Assembly (NCBI GenBank): GCA_963674755.2 | Contig: CAXXVS010000003.1 | Span: 1,120,001 to 1,184,000, forward strand | Length of the DNA stretch: 64,000 nt | Direction: 5' to 3' | DNA from: Desulfobacterales bacterium | GTDB taxonomy: Bacteria; Desulfobacterota; Desulfobacteria; Desulfobacterales; UBA5852 | In this document: positions 47,645 to 58,195 of the stretch, piece after piece | How the letters are laid out: every line of letters begins with the position of its first letter | Position numbering within the stretch: the first letter of the stretch is position 1 | Translations under genes and position numbers: made by a program | Notes under the pieces: generated by a model | Database searches by the model: none | Told to the model about the DNA's origin: nothing | What the model saw: only the letters and a program-made list of their open reading frames with translations

Positions 47645-49261
47645 ATGGACGAAGCACCGGACTATATCCGGGCCATGCGGGATCCGGCCTTCTACCCGCA
47701 GCCGGTGGCGCAAGTCGCCGTGCGGGAGACACATATTTCGTGGGTCTTCCTGACAGGCTCCCTGGTCTACAAGGTCAAGAAACCTGTGGATCTGGGTTTT
47801 CTCGATTTTAGTGCCCCGGCCCGACGGGAACACTTCTGCCGGCAGGAAGTGGACCTCAACCGGCGCCTGGCCCGGGACGTCTATCTGGGGGTGGCGACGA
47901 TCATGCGCACGGCGGACGGTTATCGGCTGGACGGCCATGGTGCACCGGTGGACTATGCCGTGCGCATGCGGCAGCTGTCCTCCGGCGATACCCTCAAGCG
48001 GCGGCTGCCTGCAGGACGCTTGGACGCGGCGGCTGTGGAAGGGCTGGCCGGGACGCTGGTGGCGTTCTATGAGGCGGCGGCCACCGGGGGCGCGGTGAAT
48101 GACATGGGCGCACCGCAGGCCATTGCCCGCAATTGCGAGGAGAATTTCGCCCAGACGGCCGGCGTCGCCGGTCGGCGCTTCGATCGCCGCACCTGGGAGG
48201 TGGTGGCCGCGGCCACCCGGGGGTTCCTCGAAAATCATAGCGACCTGCTGCAACGCCGGGTTGTCGAGGGCCGCATCCGCGACGGCCATGGCGATTTGCG
48301 CACCGACCACGTCTACCTGACGGACGACGGCATTCGGATCGTGGACTGCATCGAATTCAACGAACGCTTCCGCTGGGCCGACGTGGCCTGCGATCTGGCC
48401 TTTCTGGCCATGGAAATGGACGAGGAGGGCTTCGCCTCCCAGGCCGCGGCCCTGATCGACGCGTTTGTCCGCCGTTCCGGCGACCTGTCCCTGTATGGCC
48501 TGCTGGACTTCTACAAGTGCTACCGCGCCATGGTGCGTCTCAAGGTCAACTGCCTGCGCCTCGCCCAGGCGGACGTGGGACAACCCGAACGGGAGACGGC
48601 CGAGGCCGCCATCGAACGTTTCCTGGTGTTGGCCTATCGTTATGCCGTACGCTTTTCGCGCCCTGTGCTGTGGGTGGTGTGGGGCATGGCGGCCGCCGGC
48701 AAGAGCACGCTGGCCCGCGCCCTGGCCGAGGTGCTGGACATCGGGGCCCTGCGGTCGGACGTGGTCCGCAAACAGCTTTTCCAAACCCGTGCGCGGGAAG
48801 ACACGCAGGCCGCTTTCGGGGAGGGGATCTATTCCCGCCAGGCCACGGCGCTGACCTACGGCAGGTTGCTGGGCCTGGCTCAAGCCGAGGTCGCCCAGGG
48901 CCGTTCGGTGGTGCTGGACGCCACCTTCAGCCGCCGCCGCCGGCGCCGGGAAGCCCTGCGGCTGGCCGGGGAGACCGGGGCGGCCATCGTTTTCGTGGAG
49001 TGTGCCTGTTCCGAGGAGACCCTCCGGCGGCGTCTGGCCGCACGGGCCGGCACCCGTTCGGTGTCTGACGCCCGGCGCGAACACTATAAGGCCCTCAAGG
49101 CCGCCTTCGAGCCGGGTGCCGAGCTGCCCGCGCGCTGCCGTATCCGGGTGGACACCGAACAGCCCGTGGCTGACGGGCTGCGGCGGATCTTCAGGCGGCT
49201 GCAGGTTCCTAACAACTGCCTGGAGGGGGAAAATCGGGTCATCGCCGATCGGGATAGGTGA
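47645..49261 (+). CDS. Aminoglycoside-phosphotransferase-like plus AAA/P-loop kinase fusion (Rv2004c-like)
   Basis: ETHISWVFL, YKVKKPV, HGDLR, DCIEFN, GMAAAGKST, VVLDATF, SDA. Confidence 0.92.
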   Translation: MDEAPDYIRAMRDPAFYPQPVAQVAVRETHISWVFLTGSLVYKVKKPVDLGFLDFSAPARREHFCRQEVDLNRRLARDVYLGVATIMRTADGYRLDGHGAPVDYAVRMRQLSSGDTLKRRLPAGRLDAAAVEGLAGTLVAFYEAAATGGAVNDMGAPQAIARNCEENFAQTAGVAGRRFDRRTWEVVAAATRGFLENHSDLLQRRVVEGRIRDGHGDLRTDHVYLTDDGIRIVDCIEFNERFRWADVACDLAFLAMEMDEEGFASQAAALIDAFVRRSGDLSLYGLLDFYKCYRAMVRLKVNCLRLAQADVGQPERETAEAAIERFLVLAYRYAVRFSRPVLWVVWGMAAAGKSTLARALAEVLDIGALRSDVVRKQLFQTRAREDTQAAFGEGIYSRQATALTYGRLLGLAQAEVAQGRSVVLDATFSRRRRRREALRLAGETGAAIVFVECACSEETLRRRLAARAGTRSVSDARREHYKALKAAFEPGAELPARCRIRVDTEQPVADGLRRIFRRLQVPNNCLEGENRVIADRDR

Positions 49262-49270
49262 TGGGGCCGT

Positions 49271-49300
49271 TGCTGGATACTTGATGCTGGCTACTGGATG
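49271..49300. repeat. Heptamer tandem repeat (reverse complement of the 8073 family)
   Basis: tgctgga tacttga tgctggc tactgga tg. Confidence 0.65.
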
Positions 49301-49576
49301 GTCGTCTTGTCGTTGCCGTCATCGAAACCGGATTAACATCTGTTACACCACGATACCCGAGTAGGGGGAATTCCCGAAAACCGTTATCCGGTACCCAGCC
49401 GCCATGCCGGCCCTCCGACCAATCCCCGAAGCGGTTTCCCCTCCCGCCCGTCTCCATCAGGTCGGATGCCAATATACAGGATCGCCGGTATTTACGCTTA
49501 ACCATCCGGGACCCATCCTAACAGGCAGCCTGCGGCGAGCAGCAGGCCCAACGATCGGAATTCGGGAGGAGATCCG

Positions 49577-50362
49577 ATGACTAAGAACAATATGGACAAA
49601 GTGATTTTTGCCGAACTGCGGGGTGAACTGACGGCACGGCGCGACGAACTGATCCGGCTGCGCCAATCCCTGAACCAGTCCTGGCAGAATTTGCACGAAC
49701 CGGAAACGGAGCTGGAGGAGAACGCCAGCAAAGAGACCCTCTCCCGTGAGCTCCAGCAGCGCAGCGAAAGCGTTCAGACCGAGATCCGCAATATCGACAG
49801 CGCCCTGACGCGCATGGCCGAAGGTGACTACGGCCGCTGCGAGGCCTGCCGCCGGCCCATCCGGGTCAAACGGCTGCAGGCGGTGCCCTGGGCGCACCAT
49901 TGTGTGAAATGCGCCGGCCTGCGTGAGGCGTTTGCGGCGGGTGAGGACGAGGATACCGCCGTCGAGGTGGGGCAGGGCGAGTTCACCGACGATGAACTGC
50001 GGGAAAGCATCCTGGACGAGCTTCAAAGCGACGGCCGGGTGGAAACCGAGGAACTGGTCATTACCTGCGAGGATGGTGTCGTCTACCTGGAGGGGATCCT
50101 GCCCAGCGAAGCCAAACATGAGGTGCTGATCGAGATCGTTGAAGACCTGCTGGATATCGAGAATGTGGTGGACAGCATCCGCATCGACCGCCAGCCCTGG
50201 GAACGCGTCGAACGGCGTCCGGATCGCGGGCGGTCCGATCCGCGGGCCGAAGTCCTGGCCGGGGAGGAAGAGGAGGCCGATGTCGATCCCTACACCTCCC
50301 TGGAGACCGGTGAGCCCATGACACCGCCGGACGAACTCATTCCCAGCAGCTCCCGCCGCTAA
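49577..50362 (+). CDS. TraR/DksA C4 zinc-finger protein fused to a BON-like domain
   Basis: ALTRMAEGDYGRCEAC...RLQAVPWAHHCVKC; C-terminal TDDEL...DGVVYLEG...V.D.I. Confidence 0.85.
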   Translation: MTKNNMDKVIFAELRGELTARRDELIRLRQSLNQSWQNLHEPETELEENASKETLSRELQQRSESVQTEIRNIDSALTRMAEGDYGRCEACRRPIRVKRLQAVPWAHHCVKCAGLREAFAAGEDEDTAVEVGQGEFTDDELRESILDELQSDGRVETEELVITCEDGVVYLEGILPSEAKHEVLIEIVEDLLDIENVVDSIRIDRQPWERVERRPDRGRSDPRAEVLAGEEEEADVDPYTSLETGEPMTPPDELIPSSSRR

Positions 50363-50424
50363 CGCGCCCCCCCCCCTGGCGGTAGATTGCATCGATTGGG
50401 GCGGTTTTGGCGCGGCAGACCGCC

Positions 50425-50896
50425 AGGACCCCGGAGACCTCTGCCCCCAAAGGCCCTACCCATTTTATTTCCCGTGAAAGAAAACGGAAGCAATCACGCC
50501 TCGGCCTGACAGGCTTCAAACGCCCCTGTCCCGCGTATCCTACGCGTCGTCCAACCGGCCGATGACGCAGCGCCTCATGCCGTCATGCGGCGTTGTCAGG
50601 CTTGCTCAGGTGCTCACAATCTGGCGATTGCTGCGCGCCTCGCTTCGCCTGACGCCTTGCCTGACAGCACGATGCTTGCGGCATCGATCGATTGAAGCGG
50701 TTGGACGCGCCGAAATTCGCCCCGCCTGCGCCAAGGCTACGGCGGGACTCAGACCCGCCTGCGGCAAGCCTTCGGCGGACAGGCCGTCGCCGCGTCTTTT
50801 TCGCCCTCTGACGGGATGCTCGGCGCGGGACAAAGGGTAATCTGAAAATCAACGGCTAAAAAGCCGTTTCAAGCCCCCTTCGAGGGGGCTTCCTGA
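50425..50896 (+). repeat. Structured repeat family A, copy 5 (most nested modules, 5' end decayed)
   Basis: Shared blocks, internal module, two apical cccgcc hairpins, terminal aagcccccttcgagggggctt. Confidence 0.9.
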
Positions 50897-50921
50897 GACT
50901 TGTCGCAATGCGGGCGGCGGC

Positions 50922-53687
50922 TCATTCGGCCGGCAGGCCGGGAATGACGGGCGGCGTCTGCGTAGGGGTATCGGAAGCGCCGCCGGTGGAGGGAGGGGTC
51001 GCCGGCGGGTGGCCGGCCGTTTCCGGCCCTGTCGCGGGAGGCGGCGTTTGGGGTGATTCGGAGCCCGGCATCGGGTGGGCGGTAGCTTTTTCCTCCTCCT
51101 GCTGCGTGACCCGTTGTTGCAGGGCGAGGTAGGCCTCATCGATCGATTTTTCCATCACCACCACCGATCCCTCGCTCATGATAATGCGCTGCAGCTCGGG
51201 GATTTTGACCCGCGAGGTGGCCCTGAGATAGACGGGCTGGATGAACAAAACGCTGTGCCCCACCGGCAGGATAATCATCTTCCCGCGCACGATCTGGGAG
51301 CCGGCCTGGTCCCAGAGGGTGAACTGCTCGGCGATGTCCGGATCCTGGTTGATGAGGGCGTTGATCTGGGCCGGTCCGAATACCAACTGGCCTTTGGGGA
51401 AGTTATAGATCACGCGTTTCCCGTAGCTTTCCGGATCGCATCCGGCGATGGTCATGGCGCGCAGGTTGTCGCGGTTTTTGGGGTACATGGGCAGCAGCAG
51501 CATGAAATCCATACGGCCGGGTTTGAACAGGTCCAAGGTGACGTAATAGGGCCGCAGGGGCAGGGTGTTGTTCTCCCCCAAGGCGGTCGGGAACGACCAG
51601 AGGTCCTCCTGCTGATAGTACACCCGGACGTTTTGCTGGTGGTACTTGGCATAGATCTGCATCTGGACGGTGAAAAAGTCTTTAGGATAGCGCAGGTGGG
51701 CGCGGAGTTCCCGGGAAAGGGCGTCCAGGGGCTTGAAAAGTCCGGGATAGATGCGGTTGTAGGTCTTGATGATGGGATCGTTCGGATCGTTGATGTAGAA
51801 ATCGACCGTGCCGTTGAAGGCGTCCACGATGATTTTGACGGAATTGCGGATATAGTTGAACCTCCGGTCGCCCAGGGTTTGGGGGGCGGCGGCCGGATAG
51901 TTCGGACTGGTGGTGTAGGCATCCACGATCCAGTAAATGCCCTGGGACGTCGTGGCCGCATAGGGAATGCTGTCCAATTGCAGGAAGGGCACCAGATAGC
52001 GGATGCGGTCGACGATGTTGCGCCGTATGAGCAGGCGGCTGTCCGGCGTAATTTTGGTGGAGAAGAAGACATATTTGTTCTTCAGGTAATAGGCGAACAG
52101 GAACTTGCGCAACAGCGACGAGATGGGCACGCCGCCCCGGCCGTCATAACGGGTCAGGACGTTGCTGTTGCCCTGGGGATAGTCCATCTCCCCGGAGCCG
52201 TTGGGCGCGATGCTGTACCGGTACTTTCCCAGGCCGTAGTAAATCCGCGGCTGTTTCGGGACCAGCCCGTAGGCGGATTTCGGTGGAATATCATACAGGT
52301 ACCAGGTCATGCCGCTGCCGCTGGTCTGGCTGGCCGGGGCCATGACGGCACCGAAGCCGTGGGTGTAAGTGAGATGCTCGTTGATCCAGTTGTGCGCCTG
52401 GCCGGGGAGGCGCGTGAACTCGAGTTCCCGCGGCGCCAGGTAGACCTGCTGCTCGTGGTCTTCAAGCGTGTAGCGCCCCACATTGACCTTGGGGAAATAG
52501 TAATAGGTGCGCAATTCCTGAAGCTGCTGGAAGACTTCCACGAGGGACTCGGCGTCCCAGACCGGAATGTTGCGCAGCACACGCTCCACCTGGGGGGTGG
52601 CCCCGCTTGAAGGAAACCGCTGGTAGGAGAAGTCCCGGATTTCCATGTCGGTGAGCTGATAGGCGTTCAGCGTGGCCTGGATGTGATCGGTGATATAGGG
52701 CCCCTCCTTTGAGATCTCATTGGGCAGGACCACCAGGGTCTGGACCAAGCGTGGCAGGGCTGGTGTGTAGCGCAGGGCCAGCGCCACGCCGAACAGGACG
52801 AACACGGCGATGCCGGATTTAGAGCGTTTGCCCCGCTGGACCATGACCAGCAGCATCACCCCGGCCAGGGCCAGGAGCACCATGCAGGCCCAGATCAGGG
52901 GCAGGACGATCCGCATCTCGACATATCCGGGGCCGTAGATCAGGGGCTGGTGGGAGGTCCCATACAGCAGGTCGTAGCGCTGCAGCATGAATTCCCAGAC
53001 CCCCAGACCGAAAAGGGCCAGCACGAGCAGACTCAAATGCCAACGGGCGCCGCGCCGGAAAGCGAACAGGGCGCGCCCCTGGACACGGTTTTTGGATATG
53101 TAGAGCAGCATGAGGCTGACGGTCAGCACCAGCAGCGCGATGAGCAGGCGGCGCTGGAGAAGCCGGTAGATGGGGAAGGAGAAGAGATAGAAGGAGACAT
53201 CCCGACCCAGAAAGGGGTCGGCCACCCCCATGTTGGGGCCGAAGATGTAGAAGAGGAACGCCTCCCAGCGGGTGAAGAGCGGCAGGGCGATGAGCACGCC
53301 CAAAACCAGGGAGAGCGGGCCGTAAAACCAGATGGTCCCGGTTTGGAAAGCGTGTCGCAGCCGGCGGCGCCGGGTGCGGTCCGTAGCCGGATCAGGCGAT
53401 TTGTCGGCGGGGGCGTCCGTCTTGAGAAAGCGTGCGGCCATCCAGAAGTTGAGAAAGAACACTAAGAAGAACACCAGCAGGACGGCGGCGAAAACCGCGT
53501 ACTGGTAGAGATGGCGCATCCAGAAATACAGACCGTAGCCCAGGTTGTCGAACCACAGGATATCGACGAAGAGGTCCGTCCACATGGTTACGGCGCCGAC
53601 GATCAGCAGCACCAGCAGGGCCGCTGCCCCAATGCCGATCAGCAGACGCAAGATCCATTTCCGTTTCGCGGGGTGTTCGTTTTTCAT
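50922..53687 (-). CDS. UPF0182 family membrane protein
   Basis: DILWF..LGY, DP..GRDVSFYLF, HLTYTHGFG, PRIYYG, NYIRNSVK..VDA.NG, LFIQPVYL, PEL.R.I. Confidence 0.95.
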   Translation of the reverse strand: MKNEHPAKRKWILRLLIGIGAAALLVLLIVGAVTMWTDLFVDILWFDNLGYGLYFWMRHLYQYAVFAAVLLVFFLVFFLNFWMAARFLKTDAPADKSPDPATDRTRRRRLRHAFQTGTIWFYGPLSLVLGVLIALPLFTRWEAFLFYIFGPNMGVADPFLGRDVSFYLFSFPIYRLLQRRLLIALLVLTVSLMLLYISKNRVQGRALFAFRRGARWHLSLLVLALFGLGVWEFMLQRYDLLYGTSHQPLIYGPGYVEMRIVLPLIWACMVLLALAGVMLLVMVQRGKRSKSGIAVFVLFGVALALRYTPALPRLVQTLVVLPNEISKEGPYITDHIQATLNAYQLTDMEIRDFSYQRFPSSGATPQVERVLRNIPVWDAESLVEVFQQLQELRTYYYFPKVNVGRYTLEDHEQQVYLAPRELEFTRLPGQAHNWINEHLTYTHGFGAVMAPASQTSGSGMTWYLYDIPPKSAYGLVPKQPRIYYGLGKYRYSIAPNGSGEMDYPQGNSNVLTRYDGRGGVPISSLLRKFLFAYYLKNKYVFFSTKITPDSRLLIRRNIVDRIRYLVPFLQLDSIPYAATTSQGIYWIVDAYTTSPNYPAAAPQTLGDRRFNYIRNSVKIIVDAFNGTVDFYINDPNDPIIKTYNRIYPGLFKPLDALSRELRAHLRYPKDFFTVQMQIYAKYHQQNVRVYYQQEDLWSFPTALGENNTLPLRPYYVTLDLFKPGRMDFMLLLPMYPKNRDNLRAMTIAGCDPESYGKRVIYNFPKGQLVFGPAQINALINQDPDIAEQFTLWDQAGSQIVRGKMIILPVGHSVLFIQPVYLRATSRVKIPELQRIIMSEGSVVVMEKSIDEAYLALQQRVTQQEEEKATAHPMPGSESPQTPPPATGPETAGHPPATPPSTGGASDTPTQTPPVIPGLPAE

Positions 53688-54013
53688 CAGAGGCTGCCAC
53701 TTTCTGCCGGACGGTTTTTACAAGGTTTTTCAAAACCCCATCAAACATGCGATGGCGGCGTTGCCGCCTTCTTCAGGCAGCGGCGCAGGCCGATCCCGGT
53801 CGTGTTGGCGCTTCGCGACCACCGCTCGGGGCGCCCCCCCCCAGGCGGGGCGATCCGTGAATGACGCCGCTTCGGGGGGAGCCACGCATTGGCCTTGTAT
53901 TATAGGTGCTATAGTCGTGAACACCAATCAGTGCAAGTATGTATTTCCTGCCGCCAGGCCGTACCGTCCGGGCCATGGCTGAAGATTTGCGGGGCCATCC
54001 GCCAACGGCGGGC

Positions 54014-57000
54014 TCAGTCCGCGGGAAAGGGGGCAATGGCCTTGAGCAGCTCGGCTGAAGAAGCGCTCTTGCTGAGAAAACTTTCGGCGCCGGCTTTGCG
54101 CATCAGGATGCCGATCTGGTCGTCCTCGTGCATCGACAACCCGATGATGCGGATCTCCGGCATCTCGGCCTTGATCCGGCGGGTGGCCTCGATGCCGTCC
54201 ATTTTGGGCATGGAAACATCCATGATGATCAGATCCGGCCGCAATTCACGGGCCAGATCGATGGCCTGCTGCCCGTCGGCGGCTTCCCCTACCACGGCGA
54301 TGCCCGCTTGGCCGGCCAACAAGCCGGTCAGTCCCTGGCGCATGACCTGATGGTCGTCCACCAGCAGCACACGCAGGCCCGTCTCCGTCCCGGTGGATGA
54401 CAGCGGCGGGCGGTCAGGGGCCTCCCGGGGGGCGGTCGCCGGGTCGGCGGTCGACGATGTCGGGCTGGTGTTCAGTTCATAAGGAATGATCAGCGTGATG
54501 AAGCTGCCCCGACCCGGATTGCTTTGGATCTTCAAGCTGCCGCCGATGGAGCGGGCCCGCTCCACCAGACTCAACAGACCGAACCCCTTGGGTTCGGTCG
54601 TGTTGATGACGCTTTGCGTATCGAACCCCCGGCCGTCGTCCCGCACGGTGGCGAACATGTGGTTCCGGCCGCCGCCCACGGTAACGCGGGCCTCTTTGGC
54701 CCGGGCGTGTTTGACGACGTTGAACAGGAGTTCCTGAATGGCGCGGAACACGAACACGTTTAGCGGGGGACTGCCCAGTTCGTTGGGCGTCTTGACGTCC
54801 AGATGGACGGTCAGGTCGAATTGTTCCTTCATCTGACCGCCCAGCCATGTCAGGGTGGGCACCAGACCGGCGTGGTTCAACATGGGGGGACTCAATTCGA
54901 CCGACAAGTTGCGGGCCTGGTCGATCGCTTCCTTCAGGAGCGCTTCCACGTTGGCGAGCCTGTCATCGGGGGGCAGGTCAGCCGCTGTATGCTGAAGTTG
55001 CATACGGGCGCTGGCCAGTAGTTGTTGCAGGTCGTCGTGCAGCAACTCGGCCACGCGGCGCCGCTCCCGTTCTTCGGCTTCGATGAGCTCCACGGAGAGG
55101 GCTTGCAGCTGGCGGGCGCGGTTTTCGGCCAGGGCCGTGCGCTCGGCGACCTGCTCCTCGAGGGACTCCTTGAGGGCCAGCAAGGCCTCTTCCATGCGCT
55201 TGCGTTCGGTGATGTCGCTGCCCACGGCCAGAATTCCGGTCACCTGGCCGTCGGCGTCCAAAATCGGCTTGTTGGTCCAGGTCATCCAGACCCGCCGGCC
55301 GTCCCGGCAGACGTTTTCGTTGACATAGTTCATGAAACGTTCGGGGTGGGCCACAATATCCGCTACCAGCCCGCTTACCTCCGGGCCGGATGTATCCTGC
55401 TCCGGCAACAGGATGCTGACATGTTTACCGATGATTTCGTCGGCCGAATAGCCGAAGAAACGCTGGGCGAATTCATTGAAAAAGGTCAGATGTCCGTTTT
55501 TCTTCCAGCGAATGATAGCGCTGTTGGCATTTTGTACGAGGTCCCGGTAGTTGGCTTCGCTGGCTTTCAGTTTTTCCTGGTCCTGGCGGTGTTCGGTTTC
55601 GTCCCGCAGCACCAAGCCGACACGCCCGTCGTTCAGGCTGTAGACGGAGAGCACGATGTCTTTGCCGAGCGTCTCGAAGCGGATCTCGAATTGCTCCGGT
55701 TTGCCGCCGTGATCGATGGCCTCGAAGCGTTGGAGCAGATCCTCGGTCACCAGTTCGTCAAGACCGGCCGATCCGGCCCGTAAGGGCAGGGCATGATCCT
55801 CGATGCCGATCAAGGACAGCATGGCCGGGTTGGCCTGCTGGATGATCAGGTCGGTGGGCTGGCCCTGGGGGCCATGCTCGATTCCGCAGGTCATCAGGGC
55901 CGCATTCATGTTGTTCACCAGCAGCCGGTAGCGTTCTTCGCTGGATTTGAACTCGGCCAAAAGCTCGTTGGCCTCCTCCGATTTGGCGCGCAGCTCGTCG
56001 TTGACCGTGTTGAGTTCCTCGTTGGAGGCCTGCAGCTCCTCATTGCTCGTTTCCAGCTCTTCGTTGGAGGCCTGCAACTCTTCGTTGGCCGACTGCAGTT
56101 CCTCGTTGAGGGACTGCAGCTCCTCGGAGCTGGTTTCCAGTTCCTCCACCGTATCCTGGAGATGTTCCCGCGTGACCTCGAGCTCCTGCTCCAGTTCGCG
56201 GATCCGTTCGTATTCGACATCCCCGAACGGTCCCTTGCTGTGAGCGGCGGGCTTGGGCACCTCCACGGGCGTAAACACGATCAGGCGATTCGCCGTGGCA
56301 CTGCCGATCTGAGCCGGGCCGACGCGGATCAGGACGCCGCTCGCGCCGTCGTTCAGGGCGATCCGGTTGCTGGTCAGGGTGCGCTTTTCTTTGCCGACCT
56401 TGTGCAGCATGGATTGCAGCACGTAGCGGATTTCCGGTCGGGCCACATCGAGCAGATTGAGGGACTCTCGGATGCTGCCCTGGGGAAAACGGCAATAGGT
56501 GCCCACATCGCCGCGGATGTAAAGGATGTTGGCATTTTCGTCCGCCAGCACGGTGCAGCCGCTCAGCAGGTCGAGCAGTGCGTCGAACAAAAAGGCTTCT
56601 TTCTGATCGCTGGTTTTCCGGCGTTTGCGGAGGTCGGCCCGGTGGTTGCTCAGCTGGGCCATATGGCGGTTTTGCATCAGCCGGGGGAAACGCGTGCTCT
56701 GGCTTTCCTTGCGCCGGTAGATTTTCCATTTGTTGTCCACCGTTTTGAAGAGATCCAGGCGTTTGTTGATGGACTCGGATTTGCCCAGAAAGAGGAGCCC
56801 GTTGGGGTTCAGGCTGAATTGGAACAGGGCGAGCAGTTTATCCTGCAGCTCCGAGTTGAGGTAGATCATCATATTGCGGCAGCTGATGAGGTCCAGGTGC
56901 AGAAAAGGGGTATCTTTGATCAGGTCCTGCTGGGCCAGGACGACCATGTCGCGGATCTTCTTTTTGATCTTGACGGTGTTGTCGTGATGGGAAAAGTATT

Positions 57001-58195
57001 TTTCGAAGCGCCGGCCTTCGGTTTCCATGACCGTGGCCAGGGGGTAGAAGCCCTTGCGCGCCAGCTGGATGGCCTCTTCGTCGAGGTCGGTGGCGAAGAT
57101 TTGGGGGCGGTATTTGTTCACGTCGTCCCCCAGGATTTCCGTCACCAGGATGGCGATGGTGAAGGCCTCCTCGCCCGTGGCGCACCCCGGCACCCAGGCC
57201 CGGAAAGCGTCCCCCGGGGTTTTGTTCGCCAGAAGCTCGCGAAGGTGCTCGGCCAGCGCTTCGAAGGCCTGGGCATCGCGGAAGAAGCTGGTGACGGATA
57301 TCAGGAGGTCTTTCTTCAGGACGGCGACTTCCTCGGGGTGTGACTGAATATAGGTCACGTAGTCGCGCAGATTGTCGAGTTTGTGGATCACCATGCGCCG
57401 GCTGATGCGCCGCTGGATGGTGGTGGGCTTGTAGTCGCCGAAGTCGACCCCGGTATGCTGGTGGAGCATCTCCAGAATGGTGCCGATCTCATCGGCGTGC
57501 ATGTCCGGCGCTTTGACAATCAAGTGGGGGTATTTGAGCGCATTTTCGATTTCCGGGCCGATGTCTTCAGGGGGCAGGACCAAGTCCACCAGGCCGGTGT
57601 TGACCGCCGCCTGGGGCATGCCGTCGAATTTGGCGGTGCCGGCGCTTTGGGCCATGGTAATGCCGTCGTTCGATTTGATGGCCCGAATGCCGTGCGCGCC
57701 GTCGGTACCGGTGCCCGAGAGAACGATTCCCACGGCGCGGGCCCCCATTTCCTCGGCCAGGGAAATGAAGAAATAGTCCACCGAGGGACGCGGTCCGATG
57801 GCGGCGGGGGTACTGAGATGCAGGCGCTGACCGGAGAGGGTCACGTCGCGGTTGGGCGGGGTGATATAGATCGTGTCCGGCCGGACCGGCATGCCGTCGC
57901 GGATGGTTTCCACGGCCATCTCGGTGTGTTTGGCGAGCAGGGAGGAGAGCAGACTGCGGTGTTTGGGCGCCAGATGCTGGACAATGATGTAGGCCATACC
58001 GGCTTTAGCGGGCAGCCCCGGCAGGACCCGTTGCAGGGCATCCAGTCCGCCGGCCGAGGCGCCGATGCCGACCACGATCAGGTCTTTTCCGGTGGTCATG
58101 TGCCGGGCCGCTTCATTTCCGGTTTTTTGGAGCGCGTCTTTCGTGGCGGGTGGGGGTTGCTGATCCGGGGCACTGGGTTTGTCAGTATCGTTCAT
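54014..58195 (-). CDS. CheB-CheR-PAS-histidine kinase (HisKA_3)-receiver hybrid
   Basis: GASAGG, VQHL, GTDG (CheB); VTSFFRD, GCATGEE, ISCRN (CheR); EELQS repeats; PAS; ELLHDDLQQ, DDGRGF; C-terminal REC. Confidence 0.93.
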   Translation of the reverse strand: MNDTDKPSAPDQQPPPATKDALQKTGNEAARHMTTGKDLIVVGIGASAGGLDALQRVLPGLPAKAGMAYIIVQHLAPKHRSLLSSLLAKHTEMAVETIRDGMPVRPDTIYITPPNRDVTLSGQRLHLSTPAAIGPRPSVDYFFISLAEEMGARAVGIVLSGTGTDGAHGIRAIKSNDGITMAQSAGTAKFDGMPQAAVNTGLVDLVLPPEDIGPEIENALKYPHLIVKAPDMHADEIGTILEMLHQHTGVDFGDYKPTTIQRRISRRMVIHKLDNLRDYVTYIQSHPEEVAVLKKDLLISVTSFFRDAQAFEALAEHLRELLANKTPGDAFRAWVPGCATGEEAFTIAILVTEILGDDVNKYRPQIFATDLDEEAIQLARKGFYPLATVMETEGRRFEKYFSHHDNTVKIKKKIRDMVVLAQQDLIKDTPFLHLDLISCRNMMIYLNSELQDKLLALFQFSLNPNGLLFLGKSESINKRLDLFKTVDNKWKIYRRKESQSTRFPRLMQNRHMAQLSNHRADLRKRRKTSDQKEAFLFDALLDLLSGCTVLADENANILYIRGDVGTYCRFPQGSIRESLNLLDVARPEIRYVLQSMLHKVGKEKRTLTSNRIALNDGASGVLIRVGPAQIGSATANRLIVFTPVEVPKPAAHSKGPFGDVEYERIRELEQELEVTREHLQDTVEELETSSEELQSLNEELQSANEELQASNEELETSNEELQASNEELNTVNDELRAKSEEANELLAEFKSSEERYRLLVNNMNAALMTCGIEHGPQGQPTDLIIQQANPAMLSLIGIEDHALPLRAGSAGLDELVTEDLLQRFEAIDHGGKPEQFEIRFETLGKDIVLSVYSLNDGRVGLVLRDETEHRQDQEKLKASEANYRDLVQNANSAIIRWKKNGHLTFFNEFAQRFFGYSADEIIGKHVSILLPEQDTSGPEVSGLVADIVAHPERFMNYVNENVCRDGRRVWMTWTNKPILDADGQVTGILAVGSDITERKRMEEALLALKESLEEQVAERTALAENRARQLQALSVELIEAEERERRRVAELLHDDLQQLLASARMQLQHTAADLPPDDRLANVEALLKEAIDQARNLSVELSPPMLNHAGLVPTLTWLGGQMKEQFDLTVHLDVKTPNELGSPPLNVFVFRAIQELLFNVVKHARAKEARVTVGGGRNHMFATVRDDGRGFDTQSVINTTEPKGFGLLSLVERARSIGGSLKIQSNPGRGSFITLIIPYELNTSPTSSTADPATAPREAPDRPPLSSTGTETGLRVLLVDDHQVMRQGLTGLLAGQAGIAVVGEAADGQQAIDLARELRPDLIIMDVSMPKMDGIEATRRIKAEMPEIRIIGLSMHEDDQIGILMRKAGAESFLSKSASSAELLKAIAPFPAD

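Noticed and set aside
55980..56160. 21-bp periodic DNA repeats
   Set aside because: They simply encode the EELQS/EELET heptad coiled coil of the CheB/CheR hybrid.
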